Source: Oligoflexia bacterium
GTDB taxonomy: Bacteria > Bdellovibrionota > UBA1018
Reading direction: 5' to 3'
Length of the DNA stretch: 64,000 bases
Assembly (NCBI GenBank): GCA_903895855.1
Contig: CAITVN010000072.1
Location: 67,932 to 131,931, forward strand
The position numbers and the translations under genes are program-made. The first letter of the stretch is position 1, and every line of letters begins with the position of its first letter. Shown here one piece after another: positions 1 to 10,509 of this stretch. The notes under the pieces are model-generated. The model was not told the origin of the DNA, did not search any database, and saw only the letters and a list, made by a program, of their open reading frames with translations.

Positions 1-30
1 TTACCGATAAGGATAGACTGAATGATTTTC

Positions 31-1482
31 CTATCGGCGAGTTTGGTGCTGGGTAGCCATTACCGCCTCACCTACGCGGCTGATAGCGGCCATTTCTTGA
101 ATGCACTCAGAAAAACTCGTTTTTTCGTCAATACCCTGGCGTAAGAAGGTTTCCATTCGATCATGAACCACAATCGCCTGGTCAATTTTGGGGTTGGCCC
201 CTTTTGAATAAGCCCCAATATTAATCAAATCTTCGGCCTGGCTATACAACGCCAGCCACTCGCGAAAACGACCCGCAACATCGTAGTGATCGCGCTCAAT
301 CACCGATCGCATAACCCGGCTTGCACTCTGAAGAATGTCAATAGCCGGATAGTGATTGCGCTGAGCGAGTCGCCGGCTCAAGACAATATGGCCATCTAAT
401 ATTGAACGCGAGGCATCGGCGATAGGGTCATCCATGTCATCGCCTTCAACTAAAACTGTGTATAATCCAGTGATACTGCCCTTACCTTGTGTCGTGCCCG
501 CTCTTTCGAGCAATTTAGGCAAGGTCGCAAAAACACTGGGAGTGTACCCCTTAGAAGCTGGAGGCTCTCCTTGTGAAAGACCGATCTCACGCTGAGCCAT
601 GCAAAAACGGGTGACCGAATCCATAAGCAGAAGCACATCTTTACCCTGCTCCCGAAAATACTCAGCAATCGAAGTGGCTAAAAAGGCCCCCCGCATCCGC
701 AAAAGTGGCGATTTTTCAGACGTGGCAACCACAACTACAGACCTCGCTAATCCCTCAGGGCCAAGGTCACGTTCGATAAATTCACGAACCTCGCGGCCAC
801 GCTCGCCGATTAACGCAATCACATTAACATCGGCAGCCGTTTGTCTCGCCATCATTCCCAACAAAACTGACTTACCGACACCAGAGCCGGCCATGATGCC
901 GACGCGTTGACCTTTACCACAAGTGAGTAATCCGTTGATTGCCCGAACGCCCAGATCAAGAGGCTCACGAATCATTTCACGAAGCAATGGGTGCGAAGGA
1001 CTTTGGTAGAGGCTTCGTTCTTCCCAGTTACCTGATTGTTTACCCAAATCACCAAGTCCATCTAACGGATTTCCGCGGGCATCTAAAACTCGACCTAGCA
1101 ACTCAGGGCCCACTTTTATGTGGGAAGCCCGTTCGCGCAAAATAACCAAACTATCAGTATTCACGCCGTAAGCATCTTCGTAAGGCATTAAAACAATTTT
1201 TTTGTCGCGAAACCCAATCACTTCAGCGTCAACACCGTCTTCAATTTTTCCGTCTTGATTTCTCAATATCCGACAGATTGACCCGACTGCCGCCCCCGGC
1301 AGGTGAGCCTCAAATACAATGCCCAGTGACTTAGTAATCTTACCGGCCTCATGATAGACCAGTGCATGACGCATTCTCTCATCATACAAAGCAGTGTTCA
1401 TTTGAAACGGGCTCGGTGCACCAAACACATTATCGTTTTCCACGCTAAGCACCAGCCCCGGGCGAACCCTTCGAGTCATCAA
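31..1482 (-). CDS. fliI: flagellum-specific ATPase FliI
   Basis: 483-aa ORF with Walker A GSGVGKS and an F1/T3SS-ATPase-like core, last gene of the flgB-fliI block. The true start may be an internal Met. Confidence 0.9.
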   Translation of the reverse strand: MMTRRVRPGLVLSVENDNVFGAPSPFQMNTALYDERMRHALVYHEAGKITKSLGIVFEAHLPGAAVGSICRILRNQDGKIEDGVDAEVIGFRDKKIVLMPYEDAYGVNTDSLVILRERASHIKVGPELLGRVLDARGNPLDGLGDLGKQSGNWEERSLYQSPSHPLLREMIREPLDLGVRAINGLLTCGKGQRVGIMAGSGVGKSVLLGMMARQTAADVNVIALIGERGREVREFIERDLGPEGLARSVVVVATSEKSPLLRMRGAFLATSIAEYFREQGKDVLLLMDSVTRFCMAQREIGLSQGEPPASKGYTPSVFATLPKLLERAGTTQGKGSITGLYTVLVEGDDMDDPIADASRSILDGHIVLSRRLAQRNHYPAIDILQSASRVMRSVIERDHYDVAGRFREWLALYSQAEDLINIGAYSKGANPKIDQAIVVHDRMETFLRQGIDEKTSFSECIQEMAAISRVGEAVMATQHQTRR

Positions 1483-2425
1483 CAGTCGCTGAATCGAGTG
1501 AAGTCAAGTTCGAAGTTTGAGTGACACCCACATCACTGATGCCAAAAATACTTCTGTACAGACCGTCTAGTTGCGTTTCAATTCTGGCATCAATTCGATT
1601 CCATTGAGTTTCAACTTCAACACCTCCGCGAGGCACTGACTCAGTCGCTTCTACATGCAAGTTCTTGAGTGCACCAATTTGAGTAGCGAGAGCGTCAGAT
1701 AGAATCTGCGTGGTTTCAAATTCGGCCGGATTGATTCTCACTCGAATATTTTCGCGGACTCCAATGTTTTCAATGATTTCGCGAGTCAGGCGGGTTACAT
1801 ATTCGCGGTCGGCAGACAAGTCTTTCAAAAAAAGCATCTTTCCGATTCGAAAAATAAGTTCAATTAAGAACCGCTCGTTTGCCCTAAATAGTTCGCTTTT
1901 TGCGTTGTCTAACTGTTTGATCCATTCCTCTAAATACTCAAGGCGGTTCTTAGATTCAGACCTGAACTCTTCGTACGCTTGCACATGGCCCCTTTTTAGG
2001 CCTTCTTGAAAACCCCTCTCTGCCCCTTGAATTTTGGCCGCTTCTGAAAGCGAGTCGATCTCTTTCTTGACTTCGGCTTGCATGAGGCGTTTCTCTTCTT
2101 CTTGTATAGCCAAGGCCTCTTTGACAGCAGTGTTTACCCGAAATCGATTATTTTTTTGTTCAAGTTTTCGACTGCCGACATCTTCAGCATCGAGTGATGA
2201 AAGTGAACCATACTTCTCGCGATTTGCAGAGTAATCGCGCTCACCGGGCCTAATGATACGGTCAAACTGATAAGTTTCAATGGTAGGAGAACCTGAAAGA
2301 TCTAACTTAAAAACCCGGACTTCTGATTTATCAGTCGCGTTTCGAATTTCGGTTGGCTGGTATTTCTCTATTCTCACTTCAGACATTCTTAGTTTTCCTT
2401 TTCGCCCACCCGAGGTAGCATTCAA
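1445..2425 (-). CDS. fliH: flagellar assembly protein FliH
   Basis: Glu/Lys-rich coiled-coil protein between fliG and fliI. The C-terminal GGVEVETQWNRIDARIETQL is FliH-like. The start is probably M14. Confidence 0.7.
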   Translation of the reverse strand: MNATSGGRKGKLRMSEVRIEKYQPTEIRNATDKSEVRVFKLDLSGSPTIETYQFDRIIRPGERDYSANREKYGSLSSLDAEDVGSRKLEQKNNRFRVNTAVKEALAIQEEEKRLMQAEVKKEIDSLSEAAKIQGAERGFQEGLKRGHVQAYEEFRSESKNRLEYLEEWIKQLDNAKSELFRANERFLIELIFRIGKMLFLKDLSADREYVTRLTREIIENIGVRENIRVRINPAEFETTQILSDALATQIGALKNLHVEATESVPRGGVEVETQWNRIDARIETQLDGLYRSIFGISDVGVTQTSNLTSLDSATVDDSKGSPGAGA

Positions 2426-2454
2426 TCATTGCCAGTTAGTGTTTCTAACCGACA

Positions 2455-3462
2455 TCAAACGAGAGCATCTGAGTCTCCACCACGACTAATCATGATCTTA
2501 CCTTCGCCCTCAAGTCGTTTTGCCACATTGACGATTTCTTGTTGGGCATTTTCGACGTCTGACAAGCGCACTGGGCCAAGATTTTCGAGGTCTTCTTTCA
2601 GCAGATCTCCAGCACGTTTTGAAAGATTTCTGAAAATCTTTTCTTTGATTTCGTCTGGCGCAGTTTTCAAGGCCACGACCAACTTGTCATTAGGCACATC
2701 TTTGAGCAGAGTCTGCATTCCTCGGTCATCAATGAAGATAATGTCTTCGAAGACGAACATGAGTTTTCTGATCTCTTCTGCCAACTGGGGATCTTTTTCC
2801 TCGACCCTGGCCATGATATTTTGTTCGCTCGACTTGTCCATGATATTGAGCATTTCGGCAATCGGAGGCACACCGCCGAGTTGTTGAGTGTCGATAGAAC
2901 CCAACGTTGCCAATTCTTGTTTGAGAACTTCGTCGACTTGTGCGATGAGGCTCGGCGAGATAAAATCGAGATTTGAAATTCTGAGCACAACTTCGGTTTG
3001 TATGGCCTCTGGAAGGCGTTTCAATACGTCGCACTTCTTACCGGCGTCTAAATGCGCTAAAATCAATGCAATCGTCTGTGGATGTTCATTGACTAAGAAA
3101 TTCGATAGAGTTCTTGAATCGACCAATTCTAATGCCTCGAGAGTTCGACTACCATCAATGACCGACAATTGCCCAAGTACCGTTTTTGCGCGCTCTTCGC
3201 CCAGAGTTTGCAAGACGAAGTCTCGGCCAGCGGCCTGTCCAAAAATCAGGGTGTCTTCTTCAGAAATCTCGCCGTAAAAGCTTTCGAGTACCTGCTTTGC
3301 TACATTGACTGGCACTTTTGAAACGTTACCCATGGCTGTCACAAGGCGTTTCACATCATTATCTTTCATTTTCGAAAAGATTTTCGCTGTGATTTGATTG
3401 CCTAAAAGATTGAGAAGCAGCGCTGCTCGGTCAATCCCACCCATTTCTTCATATACGCCCAT
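2455..3462 (-). CDS. fliG: flagellar motor switch protein FliG
   Basis: 335 aa with a GGIDRAALLLNLLG N-terminus and FliG middle and C-terminal domain signatures. Position is between fliF and fliH. Confidence 0.9.
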   Translation of the reverse strand: MGVYEEMGGIDRAALLLNLLGNQITAKIFSKMKDNDVKRLVTAMGNVSKVPVNVAKQVLESFYGEISEEDTLIFGQAAGRDFVLQTLGEERAKTVLGQLSVIDGSRTLEALELVDSRTLSNFLVNEHPQTIALILAHLDAGKKCDVLKRLPEAIQTEVVLRISNLDFISPSLIAQVDEVLKQELATLGSIDTQQLGGVPPIAEMLNIMDKSSEQNIMARVEEKDPQLAEEIRKLMFVFEDIIFIDDRGMQTLLKDVPNDKLVVALKTAPDEIKEKIFRNLSKRAGDLLKEDLENLGPVRLSDVENAQQEIVNVAKRLEGEGKIMISRGGDSDALV

Positions 3463-3491
3463 GATCTTTTGCCCTCACTGACTACAAAGCC

Positions 3492-5189
3492 TTATGCTGA
3501 TTTTGACTTGCCACTGCCGCCTTCATCTTTAGGTGCCCTGGTGCTCGAACTACTGTGCAGCCACTCACGCAAAATAAGAGCAGCTTTGTGTGGATTGGAA
3601 TCGACCAAAGTCACAATCTTTTCTTTGATCATTTCGCCTTCGACCTTTTCTGGATCTACCCGTTCAGGAAGTACGGGTACAACCTCTTCTAAACCAGGTA
3701 ATGTCGCACCTCTTTGCATTTTTTCAAGTTCTTCAAGAGTCTGAGGCAAGAACGAATCGACACTGTCGATGGTATTTTCTGTAACCCACTTGACGAATGG
3801 TCGAATCACAAACAAGAAGAATAGTGCGACGATCATGCCAATCACTGAATACGTAATGAGGTTCTGAACATACGCTTTTCGCTCGTTAGCGGCAATCATA
3901 CGTTCGGCTTCGTCGAAGTCTTCTCTCGCAAATTCCATATTACGAATTTCAAGAGAATCTCCGCGCTTCTTATCAATACCCACTGCACTGGCGACGATCT
4001 GTTCGAATTCTTTAAGTTTCTCAGCCGGCCACGGATCTACTTTAGAGAGTACTTTGCCATCTTTATCGGTCGTCTTGACCGTTTTGCCGTCAACCACTAC
4101 CGCGACTGAAATTTTCTGCAAGGTCCCAGACTGCTTTTGAGTCTTTCGAATCGTTTGAGGCACCTCGTAGTTTTTTACTTCTGAATTTCGTTTCGTATCA
4201 GTTTTAGAGGCAATTGCTACGGGGGCTGGCTGCCCTGGGGTGTTTGATTGCACACCAGGTAACCCGGCCGGTCCTGGCCTTGTGCCCTCTGCCGAGGTGC
4301 TATCAGTCTGCTGAGACTTGACGGCTGAGCCGTCACCATCGAACACCGTCTGAGTTTCATTGACTTGAGAAAAATCTACCGTGGCATTTACTTTAGCCAC
4401 CACGTGCCCTTCACCCACCACTCGCGACAGCATTTCTTCAACTCTCGTCTCTAAGTCGCGCTCAACTTTCTGCCTGAAGTCTAATTGGCCCATGGTTGCG
4501 CCAGAAATTGAGTCTGAATGATTTTTCGACAGAGTTTTACCACTCGAGTCGACAATCGCAACGTCGCTCAACTCTAGACCCTCAACCGCTTTAGCAATAA
4601 GGTTACCTACCCCATAAACCTGTTTTTCAGTCAGCACCGTTCCAGGCTCAAGATCAACGATCACTGAGGCCGAAGGCTTTTTCTGATCTTCAACAAAAGC
4701 ACTTTTTTGAGGCAAAGCCAAATGCACCCTAGCTCTTTTGACTCCCTTAATCGTGTTGATTGTTCGAATCAGTTCACCCTCAAGGGCGCGTTTTTGGTTC
4801 AGTTTTTGAACAAAACTAGTCGTACCAAGAGTTTGTTTATCGAAGACTTCGTATCCCACTACTGATGCTTGGGGCATGCCCATACTCGCCAGTTCAAGCC
4901 TAAACTCGTACAGCGACTCTTGCGGTACTGAAACATTTCTGCCGCTCGAGTCGACAATAAATGGGATTTTCTTTTCTCTCAAAACTCGAATCACATTGGC
5001 GGCATCTTCAGGATTGAGGTTTCCCATCAGAGGCTTGAACGTGGTTTCGCCGGCCCAGCGAAACATAAAGAAGGTACCTAGAACCACGCCAATGGTCGTG
5101 ACAACTAATCCCGCTTTTTTTCCAGGGGTCAGATTCTTAACGAACTCAAAAATCTGTCCGAGAACCTTTCCAAAAAATCCTTGATTCAT
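3492..5189 (-). CDS. fliF: flagellar MS-ring protein FliF
   Basis: 565 aa with an N-terminal TM segment, a large periplasmic part and a C-terminal TM segment. Synteny is fliE-fliF-fliG. Confidence 0.9.
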   Translation of the reverse strand: MNQGFFGKVLGQIFEFVKNLTPGKKAGLVVTTIGVVLGTFFMFRWAGETTFKPLMGNLNPEDAANVIRVLREKKIPFIVDSSGRNVSVPQESLYEFRLELASMGMPQASVVGYEVFDKQTLGTTSFVQKLNQKRALEGELIRTINTIKGVKRARVHLALPQKSAFVEDQKKPSASVIVDLEPGTVLTEKQVYGVGNLIAKAVEGLELSDVAIVDSSGKTLSKNHSDSISGATMGQLDFRQKVERDLETRVEEMLSRVVGEGHVVAKVNATVDFSQVNETQTVFDGDGSAVKSQQTDSTSAEGTRPGPAGLPGVQSNTPGQPAPVAIASKTDTKRNSEVKNYEVPQTIRKTQKQSGTLQKISVAVVVDGKTVKTTDKDGKVLSKVDPWPAEKLKEFEQIVASAVGIDKKRGDSLEIRNMEFAREDFDEAERMIAANERKAYVQNLITYSVIGMIVALFFLFVIRPFVKWVTENTIDSVDSFLPQTLEELEKMQRGATLPGLEEVVPVLPERVDPEKVEGEMIKEKIVTLVDSNPHKAALILREWLHSSSSTRAPKDEGGSGKSKSA

Positions 5190-5192
5190 AAA

Positions 5193-5582
5193 CTACACCT
5201 GCATTCTCATAATTTCTCGATAGGCTTCGAGAACTTTGTTTCGAACTTGCATCATCATCTTTAAAGAGGAATCTGCCCGTTCAATGGCCAACATGGTTTC
5301 GTGAATATTCTTATTCTTTCCGGCGACGAACTCTTTGATTGCTTTGTCGGCTTGATGTTGCTGAACATTGACCTGATCCATCGAGCTTTCTAAGAGTTCG
5401 GCGAATGTTTTTCCACCTTGGGTATCAGGAGCGGTCGCCGTACCTGCAGCTTGATCAAATTGCGTAATTTGCCGATCAATTTGCCGTTCCATTCGATCGA
5501 TTCGATTTGTCGGCGCGTCTGTCACCCGCTCTATCGGTGCAATGCTACGTGACAGGTTTTCAAACTGTAGCGAAGTAGCCAT
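5193..5582 (-). CDS. fliE: flagellar hook-basal body protein FliE
   Basis: 129 aa. The C-terminus ...VRNKVLEAYREIMRMQV is the canonical FliE tail. Confidence 0.85.
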   Translation of the reverse strand: MATSLQFENLSRSIAPIERVTDAPTNRIDRMERQIDRQITQFDQAAGTATAPDTQGGKTFAELLESSMDQVNVQQHQADKAIKEFVAGKNKNIHETMLAIERADSSLKMMMQVRNKVLEAYREIMRMQV

Positions 5583-5585
5583 CTA

Positions 5586-6023
5586 TTACCTGCCTATTTC
5601 TAGCGCTTTTTGCGCCATTGCTTTAGCCGCCCCTAGTGCATTGACATTCGCCTCATAAGACCGCTGAGTGCTGATCATGTTCGACATTTCTTCGACTGGA
5701 TTCACATTCGGCTTGGCCACATACCCCTCAGCATTGGCGTCTGGATGTGAGGGTTCATAGACCATTCGAGGCGCCCTCACATCTTGTTGAACCCCTTCAA
5801 CTTCGACTCCTTGAATGGCTTGGTCCATTTGACTCTTCATCACATCATCAAACGACTCAGCATCAATAGCTGCCCGAAAAACTGGATCCTGTCGTCGATA
5901 AGGGCCCCCTTCGGCGGTTCTTGTTGTCTCTGAGTTAGCGATGTTGCTCGAGATCGTATTCATGCGTTTCATTTGAGCATCAAGCCCTGAGGCGCTCACT
6001 CGCATAGAAGAAAAGAAATCCAT
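5586..6023 (-). CDS. flgC: flagellar basal-body rod protein FlgC
   Basis: 145 aa with an N-terminal rod motif ISSNIANSETT and a C-terminal rod heptads region. Confidence 0.9.
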   Translation of the reverse strand: MDFFSSMRVSASGLDAQMKRMNTISSNIANSETTRTAEGGPYRRQDPVFRAAIDAESFDDVMKSQMDQAIQGVEVEGVQQDVRAPRMVYEPSHPDANAEGYVAKPNVNPVEEMSNMISTQRSYEANVNALGAAKAMAQKALEIGR

Positions 6024-6436
6024 TATCTACCTCCCCCGCCTTCTGATATTGCGTATTTGAGCATTCCCAGTTTTCTCTTGAGCATTTCGACAGAACCGTC
6101 ATAAATGAGCTGATTTTCAGCCATTTTTGCCATTTCTGACGAACGATTGACGGTATTGCCATCAAGCGACTCGATGCCGTTAGGGTCATCATAGATAACC
6201 GGATTAACCGGATCAGTGGGCTTTCGAGATATGTGCAGCGGCGAATTTACCTCTGGTTTCAACCCGTCGCCCACATCAAGAGCATCGCGTAACGCTGCCT
6301 CAAATTCGACAGCCTTGGCCTTGTACCCGGGCGTATCGGCGTTTGCAATATTTGAAGAAATGACATTTTGATTGAGGAGGCGAAGATTCAAAGATGTATT
6401 AAGGGCCCCAATCACTGGATCAAAACCATTATCCAT
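6023..6436 (-). CDS. flgB: flagellar basal-body rod protein FlgB
   Basis: 137 aa with ISSNIANADTPGYKA. The stop overlaps the flgC start (ATGA). Confidence 0.85.
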   Translation of the reverse strand: MDNGFDPVIGALNTSLNLRLLNQNVISSNIANADTPGYKAKAVEFEAALRDALDVGDGLKPEVNSPLHISRKPTDPVNPVIYDDPNGIESLDGNTVNRSSEMAKMAENQLIYDGSVEMLKRKLGMLKYAISEGGGGR

Positions 6437-6508
6437 AATGCACCCCTATGCGACAGTTTGACATAAATCACCCCCCGTGAACAATAGGCAGAGACTACCC
6501 ACTCGCAA

Positions 6509-7495
6509 CTACACTCGAATTCCTAACCCACGATAGTCAGCCAATTTATTTCTCAACGTACGAATCGAAATGCCCAGCGCTTTTGCCGTGTGGGTTCGAT
6601 TTCCTTGATGATAATTGAGGGCCTCTAAAATAACTGTGCGCTCAATATCATCTAAAGTGCGGCCAGGCACCCAACCTTGAACTTGTGAGGCCACAATTGA
6701 TCGCGAAGTTTGAGTGTCATACCTTTCGATCTGAATGTCGCGTTCGCTGATCATGGCTTCCTGGCAGGTAATCATCGCCCTTTCGATCGCGTGCTCTAAC
6801 TCGCGAACATTGCCCGGCCAGATGTGGGCACCGAGTAAACTTGCGGCACCCTCACTCATGCTGACCAGCGGTCTTTTATCTTGTTCACACTGTGTTTTCA
6901 AAAAATGTTCAGCGAGTAGTTTCACGTCACCAATGCGATCTCGCAGAGCGGGCAACGTCAGATTCACCACATTTAGACGATAGTACAGGTCTTCGCGAAA
7001 GGTTCCCGCCTTAACGCATTCTGCGAGATTGCGATTCGTCGTCGCAATGATTCTCACATCAACCGGAATTGGCTTGCGACCACCAATGCGATCAACCTCA
7101 CACTCTTGAATCACCCGCAAAAGTTTAGCTTGAAGTCGAATGTCCATCTCTGAAATTTCATCAAGAAGTATGGTGCCACTGTTGGCGAATTCAAATTTTC
7201 CAGCCTTGCTATTGACGGCGCCGGTGAACGCTCCACGTTCGTACCCGAATAGCTCACTTTCGAGAAGATTCTCTGGAATTGCTGCGCAATTAATCGCTAC
7301 AAAAGCGCGGCTAGATCGGGTGCTATTCTGATGAATCAACTGAGCCAATAGCTCTTTACCTGTGCCGCTCTCACCTTGAATGAGAACAGTAGCCTTGCTC
7401 TGTGCCACCGTCTTTGCGAGCTGAATCAGATCTAATACTTTCTTGTCTCCAGTGATGATACTATCGAGTTCCATTTTACGTGCCCTCCTTGGCAT
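6509..7495 (-). CDS. sigma-54-dependent transcriptional activator (AAA+ plus HTH, no receiver domain)
   Basis: GESGTGKE Walker A, GAFTGA motif and a C-terminal Fis-type HTH. Only about 20 aa precede the AAA+ core, so it is PspF-like. It lies immediately upstream of flgB. Confidence 0.85.
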   Translation of the reverse strand: MPRRARKMELDSIITGDKKVLDLIQLAKTVAQSKATVLIQGESGTGKELLAQLIHQNSTRSSRAFVAINCAAIPENLLESELFGYERGAFTGAVNSKAGKFEFANSGTILLDEISEMDIRLQAKLLRVIQECEVDRIGGRKPIPVDVRIIATTNRNLAECVKAGTFREDLYYRLNVVNLTLPALRDRIGDVKLLAEHFLKTQCEQDKRPLVSMSEGAASLLGAHIWPGNVRELEHAIERAMITCQEAMISERDIQIERYDTQTSRSIVASQVQGWVPGRTLDDIERTVILEALNYHQGNRTHTAKALGISIRTLRNKLADYRGLGIRV

Positions 7496-7507
7496 TCTTT
7501 TTTATCG

Positions 7508-10387
7508 CTATTTTTTACCCAGCGCTTTGCGCGCCAATTCACACCAAAAATCTACCGTCTTACTTTCTGACAACTCCTCCAAAATTTCTTTCGCCCTTTT
7601 CTGATCATCAAGACTAGGCAACCGATTCAAAGCTTTATGATATTCATAAAGCGCCTGATTACCGCCTACACCTTTCTCAATACTGCTAGAATAGAGCGAA
7701 GCCACTTCACCCCATCTGCCCGTTTTCGCGAGAATGTCTGCTTCTGAAAACAACCTCATTGAGTCATCACCGAGCGCGGGCAGGCCAAGCATTGTGCAGA
7801 TAGGTGCGTTAACCGAAGTAAAGGTTGCTGGCGCCTTTGCAACGAGATCGCGAATTTTGGCCAGGCCTTGTTGGGCTGCCTTAGGATCGCCAGATCGCCC
7901 GTTTAACTCAGCCACCCAATTCAGCACGAAAGCGAATTCAACATTATTCGATTTTATTTTTTTCGGAACCAAAAGCTCAGCTCGAACGGCGTGTTTTAGG
8001 GCTGAAGCGTCTTTTTTGTGACTTTCATCGATCAAGCCGAGTATCACTTCTTTTTCGAATGACCTTTCGGATTCTTCAACCACGTCATTTAAGAGCTCTT
8101 TGATTTTTGCCTGCTTTTTTTGATCGTGTCGGGCCTTCGGATCAGACCAAATAGCGATGGCGTCGGTATAAGCTTCTTCTGATTTCTTTAACCTCAAGTC
8201 AACATCTTCGAGTTGTGCGGCAATTTTTCGATCACCCTCACCCGCTTGTACACCCGACATTTTCTTTTTAACCGCTGAGTGAAAGTCTGCAGTCAATTCC
8301 TGGGCGGTGCCGCTGAGGGCGAATTCTGAGGCAACTTGAGCAAGCTTCAGTAAGTAGTCGACATTTTCGTAACCGCCTCGAACGCGAACCTCTGGAACCT
8401 CTTTCATCTTTTCGTGATAAAAGCTAAGCGCATCGAATTGATGTCCACTGTCGAGCAAGGCTAGAACACGTTTTCGGAGCACTTTTCTAAAAGTTTCGTC
8501 GACTGTCTGCCGAAGTTTTGAACTGGGATTGGTTTCAATCTCTTCGATTGATGCGTCAATAGCTTCATCTTCTTCACCCATCGAAATCCAAGTTCGAATT
8601 TCAGTGATGCCACGGAGGTCTCGAAATCCCTCTAAGGCCACCTGCTCGGCTCCCGTGAATTTTACGGCCTCAGAGTCAAAAAATGATTTGGCTGTCGTTA
8701 CGTCAAATCCACCATGTCGGCCGCACGGTAGCAGCCTCAGACGCGCCAGTGTCGCACCAGGAGAAAAGGGTCCGTGATTGATCGTGTCTTCATATTTGGC
8801 GACTGCGACCTCCCACTGTTTAGGGTCATTCTTTCGATGCGCAATTTCACCCATACGGAAGTGAGCCCGCCACCCCTGCGTGTGCCCAGGAAATAACTTC
8901 AAAAATTCTAGGTAGGCCTTATTGGCAACGTCATATTGCCCTAACCAATACATCGCCTCTGCACGATTCAAGTACAGCGATGGAAAATTCTTTGCCTCTG
9001 ATCCGAAATCAGTAAGAGCCCTAAAATAAGAAGCGAGGGCTTGTTCATACTGACTGCGAAACATGAAAAGGTCGCCAATTCTGACGGCCCCCTCAGCTCT
9101 TTGTGCCCTCAGCTTAGCATTCTCGGTGACCCACTGATACTCACCTGCTGCGCGCTGAGTTTGCTTAAGGGCATAAAGGGTTTCTGCTGCCCCTATGTGA
9201 AATACCCAATTCAATCGATGAGAGGGATACTGCTTGATCAACCACATGAAATTTTCTAGCGCTGCCAGATATGACTTCTTATCTAGATTCTTAGCAGCCA
9301 AATACATTCCGATTTGAAGAGCAACCGTAGAAGCAGCGGGTGTCTGAATCAGATCGTTGAAAATTTTGAGTGCGACTGCCTCTTGCCCTAGTCTGAGCAA
9401 ACAGTTGGCTCTAAGAAACCGCATCTCGTACCTAAAAGTAGAATCTGGGTGTTCTTCATCAAGAAAATCTAAGGTGCGAACGACCAGTGCCCATTTGCTC
9501 TGCCGGTAAAGCCCCAATGCTTTGCGAACATAAGCGGCATCTTTTCCTGGAGAGCTGGGCTCAAGATAGTCGTATTCGCGGTCTGGAGCGGCAGTCGAAA
9601 ACCACTTGGCTAGGTCTAAGCCCTCATGAAAGGGAATGAACCGAACAAAGACGTCTTTTCCCTCTCGCAAGGGCTCTCGACAGTATTTTCCAATATCATC
9701 AGCATCTTCTCTTGCTTTTTCACTGGCAATTCTACGAATCTTTCGCTCTTTTGCCCGATCTTCACTTTCTTTAATCAACAAATCTCGTTCTTTTCGGCGC
9801 TGATCAGCAACGGCCTCCGCTACCGTCAGGCCCTTTTTCGGCCAAAAATCGACCAGATACCGAGGCGGTGACTCTTGTCTGAAATCGAAGAACTCCATTT
9901 TTGGATTGGCTGGTGCTTGATCGCCCTTCGGAAATTTCCACTTTCCTTCAATCAAGACATCTTCACCGGCGACCCTCACCCTCAAACTTTCGACGTGATT
10001 GTCTGAAATGCTGTCAAACTGTTTTCTCCAAGCCTCGTCGCCACCTAGAGGCGCTCCTAGATCTTCGAGACCGATTCCCTTCAGACGAAGAACAAACCCT
10101 TGAGCATCGTCCTTCCATTGGGTCGGCACGCCCTGATCGATCTTGATAACAATACGACTATGAGAACTGAATGTTTGAAGTTCGATTGGACGATCCGACT
10201 GCATCGCCAATGCATTGACAGACCCATTAATCGCCAGAACACACATAGCAGCGCAGGCTGCTAAAAGCCAATTTCTCAGGTTCTGATTTGCCATCTTGAA
10301 CTCAATCCTTGAGCCAGATGTCGATCGAAAATCGGTCATCGTTTGTACAGATTTCTGCTTGCCATCTTGGCTCACAGACTCTCCCAC
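7508..10387 (-). CDS. large TPR-repeat protein with N-terminal signal/anchor
   Basis: 959 aa with a hydrophobic N-terminus LLAACAAMCVLAING and many TPR-like helical repeats. It sits 12 nt upstream of the activator gene. Confidence 0.6.
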   Translation of the reverse strand: MGESVSQDGKQKSVQTMTDFRSTSGSRIEFKMANQNLRNWLLAACAAMCVLAINGSVNALAMQSDRPIELQTFSSHSRIVIKIDQGVPTQWKDDAQGFVLRLKGIGLEDLGAPLGGDEAWRKQFDSISDNHVESLRVRVAGEDVLIEGKWKFPKGDQAPANPKMEFFDFRQESPPRYLVDFWPKKGLTVAEAVADQRRKERDLLIKESEDRAKERKIRRIASEKAREDADDIGKYCREPLREGKDVFVRFIPFHEGLDLAKWFSTAAPDREYDYLEPSSPGKDAAYVRKALGLYRQSKWALVVRTLDFLDEEHPDSTFRYEMRFLRANCLLRLGQEAVALKIFNDLIQTPAASTVALQIGMYLAAKNLDKKSYLAALENFMWLIKQYPSHRLNWVFHIGAAETLYALKQTQRAAGEYQWVTENAKLRAQRAEGAVRIGDLFMFRSQYEQALASYFRALTDFGSEAKNFPSLYLNRAEAMYWLGQYDVANKAYLEFLKLFPGHTQGWRAHFRMGEIAHRKNDPKQWEVAVAKYEDTINHGPFSPGATLARLRLLPCGRHGGFDVTTAKSFFDSEAVKFTGAEQVALEGFRDLRGITEIRTWISMGEEDEAIDASIEEIETNPSSKLRQTVDETFRKVLRKRVLALLDSGHQFDALSFYHEKMKEVPEVRVRGGYENVDYLLKLAQVASEFALSGTAQELTADFHSAVKKKMSGVQAGEGDRKIAAQLEDVDLRLKKSEEAYTDAIAIWSDPKARHDQKKQAKIKELLNDVVEESERSFEKEVILGLIDESHKKDASALKHAVRAELLVPKKIKSNNVEFAFVLNWVAELNGRSGDPKAAQQGLAKIRDLVAKAPATFTSVNAPICTMLGLPALGDDSMRLFSEADILAKTGRWGEVASLYSSSIEKGVGGNQALYEYHKALNRLPSLDDQKRAKEILEELSESKTVDFWCELARKALGKK

Positions 10388-10509
10388 CTAGAATTAGTAT
10401 CAGCAACGTTAGTGCCAAACTTTTCCTCGCGGACGAATTTAGCCCGTCTTTTTTTTACATGGGTAGAAGTTTCCGTTAGTCCTAGCCTTTTTTTTGCCGA
10501 TAAGCACTT

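Noticed and set aside
1710-2887. Multiple plus-strand ORFs (99, 66, 69 and 152 aa) antisense to fliH and fliG
   Set aside because: They are antisense to conserved flagellar genes and have low-complexity Ser/Phe/Leu-rich products. Similar antisense ORFs across hypF, hoxF, the LysM gene (41617..42081) and others were rejected on the same grounds.
6437-6508. Sigma54 or sigma28 promoter in the 72-nt gap upstream of flgB
   Set aside because: No GG-N10-GC with correct spacing and no TAAA-N15-GCCGATAA match was found by eye. The promoter type is left unassigned.
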